A stretch of 62,934 nucleotides of DNA, counting the filler, from Octopus bimaculoides (Eukaryota): the NCBI RefSeq assembly GCF_001194135.2. It is 6 parts of 4 records of this genome, joined end to end, with 100 filler letters (N's around TTAATTAATTAA, not from the genome) between each part and the next. Parts side by side here need not be neighbours in the genome. Positions count along the whole stretch, not along the records: positions 1 to 18,611 come from NC_068982.1; positions 18,712 to 26,267 come from NC_068994.1; 4 more parts are not named here. One strand, written 5' to 3'. Below the pieces are notes generated by a model. It was given only the letters and a program-made list of their open reading frames with translations, ran no database searches and had not been told where the DNA came from. Position 1 is the first letter of the stretch. Each line of letters opens with the position of its first letter. The position numbers and the translations under genes were made by a program. Below, one piece after another: positions 12,250-22,849 of this stretch.

Positions 12250-12440
12250 GGGGGAGAATTCACAAAAAGAAACAAAAGACGAAGACAGGTGGTGTTCAAA
12301 ACAAACAGATATATTAGTATAATGCTCGAGAAGTGAAAAAGTCTTTAATGTTTCAAGCCTACGCTCTTCCACAGAAAGGAACATAGAAAGAAACAAGGAG
12401 AGGAAAAAAGAATGTGTAGTAGCTAGCAATCTATCATGGC
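12250..12440 (-). mobile_element. Penelope-like family B short repeat with degenerate hammerhead-like motif
   Basis: Minus 12378-12343: CUUU-CUGUGGA-A-GAGC(GUAG)GCUU-GAAAC-AUU-AAAG. Confidence 0.55.
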
Positions 12441-12442
12441 GA

Positions 12443-12475
<33 letters not shown>

Positions 12476-12477
12476 TA

Positions 12478-12886
12478 CTCTTTTACTCTTTTACTTGTTT
12501 CAGTCATTTGACTGTGGCCATGCTGGAGCACTGCCTTTTAGTTGAGCTAATTGACCCCAGGACTCATTCCTTGTAAGCCTAGTACTTATTCTATCAGTCT
12601 CTTTTGCCAAACTGCTAAGTTATAGGGACGTAAACATACCAGCATCGGTTTTCAAGTGATGTTGGGAGGACAAACACAGGCACACACATATACACACACA
12701 CACATACACACATATATATATACAACGCGCTTCTTTCAGTTTCCCTCTACCAAATCCACTCACAAGGCTTTGGTCAGCCTGAGGCTATAGTAGAAGACAC
12801 TTGCCTAAGGTGCCATGCAGTGGGACTGAACCTGGAACCATGTGGTTTGTAAGCAAGCTACTTACCACACAGCCACTCCTACGCCC
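12478..12886 (-). mobile_element. SINE family C, full length
   Basis: Head GGCGTAGGAGTGGCTGTGTGGTAAG, B box GGTTCAGTCCC, internal TA/TG repeat, tail (AGTAAAAG)2. Confidence 0.9.
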
Positions 12887-13552
12887 ATATACATATATAT
12901 TGGAAAATTCTAGAATCCAAGATTGAAGACTGGAAATCAAAAGAGAACTCAATACAAGTTAAGTATAACCATTGAGCAAATAACTTTATTTAACAAATTT
13001 AATGTTTAAGCAAAGAAACTCCACTTTTTAAAAAAATTCATAGCTTCTCTGAAACAAAATAGTTGGACTCTTTAATGAACTTGGATTATTTTAGGACTAG
13101 CAGAAACCATGGAAATTTCATAGGTTTCGCAAGTAAACATGGAGAACTTTAGTTATCTGTTGCTATAGTGACGGTGGAGACGGCAGCAAATGGCATTCAA
13201 GTTAGAGAGAGATGGAGGTAAGGAAGGAAGGATAGAATGGAAGAGGAAGTTGTGACAAATGTTAGTTGAGGTGGTAACAGTAAAGGTAAAGAAAAAAGAA
13301 GGAACAAAGGGGAAATGTGGAAGAATCAATACAGGCATAATGATCACACACACACACACTTGCATATACATACACATTCACACACACATACACACGCATG
13401 CACTGAGAACTGTGATATATTATTGTTGTGATGATGTTGGTAAGGAGCGAGTGAACCCTTATGATACAAAACAATCCAAGACTTCCCTTGATTCTATGAT
13501 ACAAACTTCATATTTAAAGTGATCTAAATTGAGATATTGCATCAAAATTTTA

Positions 13553-13968
13553 TTTACTCTTTTACTCTTTAACTTGTTTCAGTCTTTTGACTGGGGCCAT
13601 GCTGGAGCACCGCCATTAGTCGAGCAAATCAACCCCAGGACTTATTCTTTGGAAGCCTAGTACTTATTCTATCGTTCTCTTTTGCTGAACCGCTAAGTTA
13701 CGGGGACGTAAACACACCAGCATCAATTGTCAAGCGATGTTGGCGAGGACAAACACAGACACACAAACGCATACACACAAACATATATAAATATATACAT
13801 ATATACAATGGGCTTCTTTCAGTTTCCGTCTACCAAATCCACTCACAAGGCTTTGGTCGGTCCGAGGCTATAGTAGAAAACACTTGCCCAAGGTGCCATG
13901 CAATGGGACTGAACTCGGAACCATGTGGTTGGTAAGCAAGCTACTTACCACACCGCCACTCCTATGCC
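13553..13968 (-). mobile_element. SINE family C, full length
   Basis: Same layout as the 12478-12886 copy. Confidence 0.9.
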
Positions 13969-14127
13969 TATGCTAATTTATGTCTCAAACTTCAGCACTT
14001 CAGCTTAATAATGACAAAATTATTTATATAAATTCTTCATTATTTTCAAAAGTATTTGAAACTAAAGCGGTGTATTTTCCTTGTGTGTGTGTGTGTGTGT
14101 GTGCATGTGTGTGTGCGTGTGTGTGTG

Positions 14128-14515
14128 TGATGAAGGAAGAAGTGGTAGGCAGCAGAACCAGAGGCAGACCGCGGTTTGTGTGGATGGATGGAGTGGGGTA
14201 AGCTTTGGTGGTTAGAGGTGTTGAAGTGAGAGAGGCAAGAGAGTTTATGTGATAGGAAAGCTTGGAGAGTGTTTGTGGATGGATGAGTGAATTTGATGTT
14301 GCTCGAAGGAGTACAGAACCAGTATGATGCAGCAGGAGTAAACGAGCATTTGCTGTTGGGCCCCACTGCTGATATTGGGGGTTGTGTTCTATGCCTTGAC
14401 CTGAGCAGAAGACAGGGCTCACCTCTTTGAGCTGGAAAATGAATGGAATGCTCAGTGTGTGTCTTGTTGTGTCTACCCACTCCTAAAAAAAATGGGGAAT
14501 AGGCCTGAATATATA
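14128..14515 (+). mobile_element. RTE-clade LINE 3' end (ORF C-terminus plus 3'UTR)
   Basis: MKEEVVGSRTRGRPRFVWMDGVG*ALVVRGVEVREAR...RKAWRVFV resembles the RTE C-terminal RGRPR..W.D...DR..WR pattern. Confidence 0.75.
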
Positions 14516-15212
14516 TGTTACTTCTATTTTTTCTTTCTTTTTTCCTTGAGCTGTTTTTACTTTCACTTTCTCCTTTGAGTTACTTTTTGTAGCATGACAC
14601 AAAAGGTAAGTAGGAACATACTATTGTATCGGTATGTAGCTATTTCTGTGAAATTCCAACATATGAAATGAAATTGATTCATAAGAGTCAAAATAATTTC
14701 TCCAAGATATATGACATCAAAGAATTAAAGGAAGATAGAATAATCGAACCACATCATTTCATGTTAAGTAAAATATGTAGACATAAAGAAAAACTATTTC
14801 ATAATCAATATTTAAAAATGCTTACACACTTACTTGCATAATAAATATATAAATATGTGAATATATATAGATAAATAAACTGATAACTGAATGAATAATA
14901 TTCAGTAAATAGATGCCTAATTGAATCAATAATAATAATAGATTATAATAAATTGGAAAAGTTCGTAAATAAAGGTAATCTGTAAAGGATACATTTGCAG
15001 GTGTACCCATATTGATATGCAAGCACTCAGATTGGAAATGTTTGGGTATATTTATTTATGAAAATACTAAGCACCCTAATATATGCACATTCACATAATA
15101 CATGCACATAAAAGTGTGCATTGATTCAAATGCACTGATATGTGTGTGTGTGTGTGTATATGTATGTATATATATACATATATATATATGTGTGTACATG
15201 CATATTTATGTT

Positions 15213-15247
<35 letters not shown>

Positions 15248-15640
15248 ATATATATTTATGTGTACACACACACACAAACATGCATATATATATATACATA
15301 CACAGAGACAATAAATATACACATATGCACAAAGATATTCGTGTGTATGCATATTTTCACACATGCATAAATATACATATTTATGTACATGTACACTTGC
15401 ATCCATATGTGATTTGATCTCCATATATGTTCTAACATAATGCTTATATTTAAGCAACTTGTATATCCACATACGAGCATACATAAATGCATTAATACTG
15501 AAGTGGTTGGATATTTTAAGACACATATACCCACACATACAAATAAAAATGTGTGCTACCTTATATGTTCATGTACGTGTATACCCCATGCAAAGACATA
15601 CAAATCCATTCATTCACACATATTTATTCACACACACATA

Positions 15641-16090
15641 GGTGTAGGAATGGCTGTGTAGGAAGTAGCTTGCTTACCAACCACATGGTTCCAGGTTCAG
15701 TCCCACTGCGTGGCAGCTTGGGCAAGTGTCTTCTACTATAGCTTAGGGCCAATCAAAGCCTTGTGAGTGGATTTGGTAGACGGAAACTGAAAAGAAGCCC
15801 GTTGTATATATGTATATATATATATGTATATGTGTGTGTATGTGTTTGAGTGTATGTGTTTGTCCCCCCAACATCGTTTGACAACCGATGGTGGTGTGTT
15901 TACATCCCCGTAAGTTAGTGGTTCGGCAAAAGAGAATGATAGAATAAGTACTAGGCTTCCAAAGAATAAGTCCTGGGTTGATTTGCTCGACTAAAGGCGG
16001 TGCTCCAGCATGGCCACAATCAAAAGANNNNNNNNNNGGCGGTGCTCCAGCATGGCCACAATCAAAAGACTGAAACAAGTAAAAGAGTAA
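15641..16090 (+). mobile_element. SINE family C, full length
   Basis: Complete head-to-tail; a 10-N gap duplicates part of the tail. Confidence 0.9.
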
Positions 16091-16650
16091 AGTGTACACA
16101 CACACACATAGTGATTATTGTTTAATAAGTCCACTGGCTATTTGCAATACCAGTGCCTGAACTGATATGCTCCATATTGTTGATGGGAGATTAGTATACT
16201 ATGATGCTGCTGCTGGATATCTGTCACTGAGGAATCCATAGCTGGGTGAAATCATGTTTAATATACAAAATTTTAAACATACAGTATTCTCCCAAGTACA
16301 GGATTTATTGTTTCAATTTATCAAAGTTACTGTTTTGAAACTGAAGAAAATTTGAATGACATAGAAATATTTCTATGTCATTGGACAATAATATAGACAT
16401 GTTTTGTAAGTCTTATGCTTACAAGTAGCTATAGGTTCATAACTCCTTTCGAAGACTGAAATCCAAAAGTAAAATGATCTCCAGTGATTCCAACATACAT
16501 AAATTGAAAGTTCTTTTATTACCGTTATCAGATTTGGCTCTTGCTAAAATATACTATTGGATATCATACTGGATAGACATAGAACATGATGTCATATTTT
16601 TCTAGCTGGATTTAAAGCTGAATGAGAGTGATGTTTAACCTTAAATCCAT

Positions 16651-17143
16651 TACATTATTTATATTATTTTTATTTGATGGATATTTGTCCTTATCTTGTT
16701 GTTAACACAACATTTTGGCTGATATACCCTCCAGCCTTCATCAGGTGTCATGGGGAAATTTCGAACCTGGGTTCTGATTCCTAAGGTATTTTTCGATGTT
16801 ATTATTATTATCCAGGTCACTGGAATCGAACTTGGAATCTTGGGGTTAATAGCCCGCACTCTTAACCACTATGCCATATGCCCGTGGGCAATTATGGAGT
16901 GAATTTTAGGGCTTATAAATTTAATATTTACCTATCCTTCCTTAATACCGGTTCCCATATGCTACTCATATCTGTACTCAGTCTGCTTAGGAGGTTGTTG
17001 CGTCCTAGCATTTGTGCTGCTTCTTTTAGCTTTTGCATTTTCCAGTGGTGTTCTCTGATGAAGGCTGGAGGGTTTGTCAGCTGAGGCATTGTGTAAACAA
17101 CATACAAGATGAGGACAAATATTTGTCGAATGTAAATAATGTA
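16651..17143 (-). mobile_element. 5'-truncated Penelope-like element with inverted terminal segment
   Basis: Minus strand: EHHWKMQKLKEAAQMLGRNNLLSRLSTDMSSIWEPVLRKDR* (16928-17056, GIY-YIG C-terminus-like), tRNA-like 16882-16813, hammerhead 16749-16704, tail. 17055-17143 is an inverted copy of 16651-16744. Confidence 0.75.
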
Positions 17144-17377
17144 CATAATTCCTCATCTCTTGAATATAGAACTTAAATCTATTAGCTGATAAACCCATAT
17201 AAAGTTTAATAGTGGTAAGAGTGTTAACTGTATACTTGTAAATTATGTCATTAATTAGGCAATTTCCTTCTAAAGGATAATTATTCTAATTGAAATAATT
17301 AAAATTTGCATTATAGCTATCACCAATATATATAGTGCTATTATAACAACTACTCATTAATATGGCTACAGTTAAAG

Positions 17378-18611
17378 ATGAGACCGAGGATTTTGTGGCC
17401 TGCTGCTAATGAGAAAGAGAAATATAAAGAGTTTGAAAACAAGGTATGTCGAGCTCTTTATAAAATGACAGGCTCTACAGTGGAGAAACTGGGAAAATTA
17501 ACATGCTCAATTTACGATACAGGGAAGGAATTGTTTGGAGTGAAAGAGAACATCCGATTAGAGAAAGGAAAGTGTAGACCAAACAGGATCAGGAAAATGA
17601 AACAGTTGAGGAAGGAAAAGACCAGCCTAAGAAAGTGGGGGAAATGTGCTGCAGAAGAGGACAAACCTGGCCTCGCGCTGCTGTATGATGATTTGAAAAG
17701 GAAATGTCGTTATGTGCAACGACATATCCGCTGATATGNNNNNNNNNNNNNNNNNNNNNNNNNNNNNNNNNNNNNNNNNNNNNNNNNNNNNNNNNCATGG
17801 GCTAAATCATCTCTCAGAACCTGATATCAAATTCCAAATTGGGGATATCACGGAGAGAGAGGTGAATGATTTCGTAAGAAAAGCGAGAGCAAAGAGTGCC
17901 CCAGGAGGTGATGGCGTCTCATATAAAGTCTATAAATATTGCAACCATCTGCGAAAGAAGCTCTCTGTCCTACTTCGACAACTGTGGCGCGAAGAGACTC
18001 TAGTAGAAGACTGGTGTAAGACAGAAGGAATATACCTGCCGAAAGAGGCCAATGCAAAGACTTTAAAACAGTTTAGACCGATATCCTTATTGAATGTGGA
18101 ATGCAAGATCTTTATGGGAATTCTTTCCAGGAGAACAGTAAGATATTTACAAAATAACGGGTATGTTGATGAGTCTGTTCAAAAGGCTGGAATCCCCGGG
18201 ATCCCTGGATGCATTGAACATTGTTTTTCGATTTGGAAAGCAATCCAGGATGCCAAGCAGAAAAAGAAAAGTTTGAACATGGCATGGCTTGACCTAGCTA
18301 ATGCATATGGCTCAGTGCCACACGAATTACTGATAAGAGCCATGGACCACTTCCACATTCCAGACAAAGTGATCAAAATAATGAGGATGTACTATGACAG
18401 TTTCGAAATGAGGTTTACAGCTGGAAATTTTACAACAGATTGGCACCGATTGGAGATTGGTATTGCTGCTGGCTGTACGATATCTGTCACGTGGTTTATC
18501 TTAGTCATGGAGTTGATTTTGAAAGCGGTGGATTTTTCGGTACAAATCGCCCCTGTACAATCGCCTAAGAAAGCCTTCATGGATGACGTGACACTTCTAG
18601 CTACAGATAAA
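17378..18611 (+). mobile_element. non-LTR retrotransposon, HERO/RLE-type, reverse transcriptase fragment
   Basis: KSAPGGDG, FRPISLLNVECK, QKAGIPG..GCIEH, WLDLANAYGSVPH, GIAAGCTIS and catalytic AFMDD. Upstream RILWPAANEK segment ends in TGA at 17732-17734. Cut by a gap and by the scaffold end. Confidence 0.85.
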
Positions 18612-18711
18612 NNNNNNNNNNNNNNNNNNNNNNNNNNNNNNNNNNNNNNNNNNNNTTAATTAATTAANNNNNNNNNNNNNNNNNNNNNNNNNNNNNNNNN
18701 NNNNNNNNNNN
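18612..18711. other. artificial scaffold linker N44-TTAATTAATTAA-N44
   Basis: Exactly 100 bp with a six-frame-stop core; identical at five positions. Confidence 0.95.
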
Positions 18712-18749
<38 letters not shown>

Positions 18750-18750
18750 T

Positions 18751-18880
18751 AGAGGTTACCCAAAAGAAACCGGAATTTTGCAATATTATTTTATTCACCT
18801 AGTTTTACATGTTTACACTTTGATCGCCTTTGAAGTATTCTCCATTTGAAGTGATGCATCAGTCCAGACACGTTTAGTAG
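18751..18880 (-). mobile_element. mariner 3' end remnant
   Basis: Minus LD*CITSNGEYFKGDQS resembles the mariner C-terminal KCI...G.YFEGD motif; TIR-like GAGGTTACCCAAAAGAAACCGGAAT abuts (TA)n. Confidence 0.55.
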
Positions 18881-18907
18881 CCCGCATAAAAAAATAGCAT
18901 CAGCAAC

Positions 18908-19070
18908 ATACCTTAGGAATGAGAACAATGTACCCCATTAGTCAAATAAAGGGTTGGGTTCAAAATTCCACCAGAACACCTAATGAAGGCTGGAGAGTAC
19001 TTCAACCAAAATGTTATGATAACAACAAAGAAAATGAGGACACCTATCCATCCATTGTAAATAAAGTAAA
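18908..19070 (+). mobile_element. degenerate copy of Penelope-like family A 3' end, dead hammerhead
   Basis: ATACCTTAGGAATGAGAAC...AACACCTAATGAAGGCTGGAGAGTACTTCAACCAAAATGTT...GATGAGGAC-like...TGTAAATAA aligns to the 45320-45460 copy. Confidence 0.75.
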
Positions 19071-20335
19071 CTGCGACGTTTCAGTTCAATACTGTGACAC
19101 TGCAAGTTATATTCATTTGTCCTTTACAGTTGAATGCACTTTCACTGAATCAAGATCTCAATTAAATTTCACATGAAAATTATTTAATATCTTATCTAGT
19201 GAGTCATTTTGATAGACAAAATACCTTTCAGTGCTTAGTGGCTCCTCATTATATTCTGGGTTCAAATCTGAACAATGTCAGTGATTTTGTTGTTTATATT
19301 TCTGAAGTTGATAAATAAAACCTTTCAACATAAATTTCATAATGATACACACATACAAATGTTGTACATTTTGCCAATAAGCAAACAGCCACACTCATGC
19401 ACTATAGTTCACTTCAGTTTTATTGTTAACTGATTAATCAGTAAATCAATCAATCAATCAATCAACTACTGATTAGTTTGTCGTAAATTATTAATCACAC
19501 TACTGAGGCCTTTTAAATTATTTCAGGGATTATCCCATACTATAACAGATTGTATTTATTTCTTGGGTTTGTTTAGTTGTTAAGTGACATCAGGATGTTG
19601 TCAACATATGTGTGTGTGTGGGGGGTTAAGACTGTATATGTGTGTGTGTTTGGGTGGGGTGTATCATTTTACTGTCTTATGTGTAATTGTGTCTGCATAT
19701 TTTTATCATTTTTTTTAATGTTTTCCATTTTCTTACCAAGTACCACCAAGTACCACCACCATCACCACTGCCGCTGCCATCATTACCACCACCACCACCA
19801 CTACCACAACCATGACAACAACCAACAACCAATGCTACAAACAGAAAGAACAACACCAATACTACCACCACTAAGAACAACACCACTGTTGCTACCACCA
19901 CTACCACTGNNNNNNNNNNNNNNNNNNNNNNNNNNNNNNNNNNNNNNNNNNNNNNNNNNNNNNNNNNNNNNNNNNNNNNNNNNNNNNNNNNNNNNNNNNN
20001 NNNNNNNNNNNNNNNNNNNNNNNNNNNNNNNNNNNNNNNNNNNNNNNNNNNNNNNNNNNNNNNNNNNNNNNNNNNNNNNNNNNNNNNNNNNNNNNNNNNN
20101 NNNNNNNNNNNNNNNNNNNNNNNNNNNNNNNNNNNNNNNNNNNNNNNNNNNNNNNNNNNNNNNNNNNNNNNNNNNNNNNNNNNNNNNNNNNNNNNNNNNN
20201 NNNNNNNNNNNNNNNNNNNNNNNNNNNNNNNNNNNNNNNNNNNNNNNNNNNNNNNNNNNNNNNNNNNNNNNNNNNNNNNNNNNNNNNNNNNNAAAATATG
20301 GGAATTTTTTGAAATTATCAAAAAAGCTTCAATAG

Positions 20336-20636
20336 TGTCATTCCTACTCTAGGTACAAAACCCAAAATGTTTTTGGGGGGGAGGGGGGCCAGTCGATTAG
20401 ATCGACCCAGTATGCAACTGGTATTTAATTTATCGACCCTGAAAGGATGAAAGGCAAAATTGACCTCAGTGGAATTTGAACTCAGTGCATAAAGACAGAT
20501 AAAATACCGCTAAGTATTTCGCCCGGCATGCTAACGGTTCTTATTTCTTTATTGCCCACAAGGGGCTAAACATAGAGGGGACAAACAAGGACAGACAAGG
20601 GGATTAAGTCGATTATATCGACCCTAGTGCGTAACT
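20336..20636 (-). mobile_element. dimeric family-M SINE, cut at its 5' end by an inverted repeat
   Basis: Same monomer junction as 10232-10668. Confidence 0.8.
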
Positions 20637-20817
20637 TTTAGAGAAAAGAACTAAAGTTCATGAACTCATCCATGAAAATCCACAGTCTATCATTATCTTA
20701 TGATTTTTACTTTGTATTATATTATACTTATTTATCGTGCATTTACTTATTAATTTTTCTATATGTGACTGTAGATTTTCATCGATGAGTTCATGAACTT
20801 TGGTTCTTTTCTCTAAA
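20637..20817. repeat. 51-bp inverted repeat, MITE/foldback-like
   Basis: Arms 20637-20687 and 20767-20817 match at 48/51 around a 79-bp AT-rich spacer. Confidence 0.85.
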
Positions 20818-20970
20818 TCTATATATTTATATATTTCATACTGTGAAACTTAATTTGATTTTAACTTTTGATATAAATTGAATTTAATTGAGTTTTTACT
20901 TGTAAATTTGGATTTTTATCCCTAATATTATATATATATATATATATATACATACATATATACATATATA

Positions 20971-21014
<44 letters not shown>

Positions 21015-21499
21015 CACGGTACAGTACATTTGTCCTACTTTTATAGGATGCCCACACACACAAAAGACCCTGCATTAAATAAATACATTGAATATTTCAT
21101 AGTTCCATTCCCTCTCTTCTCTCCCTTTCATTTGTTCCCTTCTTTATCCCTGCTCTTTCTCCTCTCTCTCTCTTCTGTTGCTGTCTTATAAACATATTTC
21201 TTCTGTAAATATCACACATGTCGGCAGTCACTGATCCAAGAGAGACTACTCTCTCTTGCTCACTTTCTCTTCCTCTCTCTCTCTTTCAATCTCTCTCCCT
21301 CACTCCCCCTCTTTCTCTTTCAACTCATCAAATATAAAATCTATAAATAATCAAATTTTTATATTTTGTATAAAAAATAGAAAATATTAGGGAACATATT
21401 TTCCTTGTGGTCCCTTCAATTAATTGCTTTATCCTCCATAATCCTTTGGTTCATAATTTGATGGAAACAACTGTTAAAAGGTATTATCTTGCTAGTCTC

Positions 21500-21770
21500 C
21501 TAGAGGTTTCAGGTTCAGTCCCTCTGTACAGCACCTTGGACAAGTGTCTCCTACTATAGGCCCTGGCTGACCAATGTCCTATGAGTGAATTTGATAGATG
21601 GAAACTTTGTGGAAGCCTATCATATGTTAGTGTGTGTGTGTGTGTGTGTTTGTCCCAAGTACTTTTGGACAACTGGTGTTGGTTTGTTTACAGTCACAAA
21701 TCTTGACAGCTTGGCAAAAGACAGTGATAGAATAAATACCATACTTTTGAAAAATTGGTGCTGGGGTCAA
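21500..21770 (+). mobile_element. SINE family C, partial
   Basis: GGTTCAGTCCC, GCACCTTGGACAAGTGTCT and internal (TG)n. Confidence 0.75.
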
Positions 21771-22254
21771 AATTTGCAGAGTCTGAAGAATCATGTAATA
21801 TATGACAACCATGATGTAATTCCTGCTCACTATTACACAAAACTTAGATCCCCCATCCCCGTCTTTACCAAAGTTTCAAATTCTGCTTACCAAACTATTT
21901 TGTTGTCCTTTTAAGTGGCATTCTTGCTAGATTACGGCTTATGACAATTTTCCGGTTCTTAACTAGGAAACAGGAGACGTACAATGTCTTAATAACTTGA
22001 CTCATTATATTTCTTTCTAGGCACATTGTCCTTCTTTTCTTAGATGCTATGCTGTAATTTAAGGGAGATCTGGCAGCTACATTTAGCAAATTGAGTGACC
22101 ACAAGACAGGTGGCGTGGTGGGGGCACAGGGTTACAGGCAAAGGAGTTAATCAATTAGACCAACCTCCAGTGCTAAACTGGTTCTTATTTCATCAACCCC
22201 CAAAATAATGAAAGGCAAAGTTAATTCCAGAGGAATTTGAACTCAGGGCACTGT

Positions 22255-22480
22255 CACACCACTTGCTGTAGCTTTTTAACATCTCCCATGGAGGCTTACT
22301 GATGTGAAACTGTCTTCACCACTTCACCCCATATCTTCTTAGGTCTCCTTCTTCCACAGGTTTCATCTGCTTAGAACACCAGGCCCTTTTTTTTTACATC
22401 TGACATCCCACGTACACACACCACATGCCTGTACCAATCTAATCTTTCCTCTTGCACTCTTCATCTAATTTCTCTAACAT
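22255..22480 (-). mobile_element. RTE LINE C-terminal fragment
   Basis: Minus GRRRPKKIWGEVVK motif. Confidence 0.55.
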
Positions 22481-22849
22481 CCAACTTTTCTCTCAGCTCA
22501 TTTGTGCCTTCATGTTTAAGAACACAAGCATTCAATAGAACTGGCTCGCCTCTTTTGCAAATCCTCTGCATTTAAGGCACAGTATTTAGCAACCATGCTG
22601 AGACTAGAAATATGCCCTATCTCTAACAGGACAAAAATGACTAAAGATTACTTCTCTACTTTATCTGTAATGGGACAAAAACGATTATAGAATACCCCTG
22701 TACTTTAATCTCTACTAGGGCAAAATTTATCACAGATCTACTGGGACATATTGGCAGATCCAAATCTATATTTTAAGTTGATCAAATAATGTTTATATTT
22801 TTTTTTAGGATTTATAAAAGAATTAATTTATGTGAGGCTGAGAAAGATT

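Noticed and set aside
15998-16070. Direct repeat GGCGGTGCTCCAGCATGGCCACAATCAAAAGA on both sides of 10 N
   Set aside because: Unmerged contig overlap, an assembly artefact.
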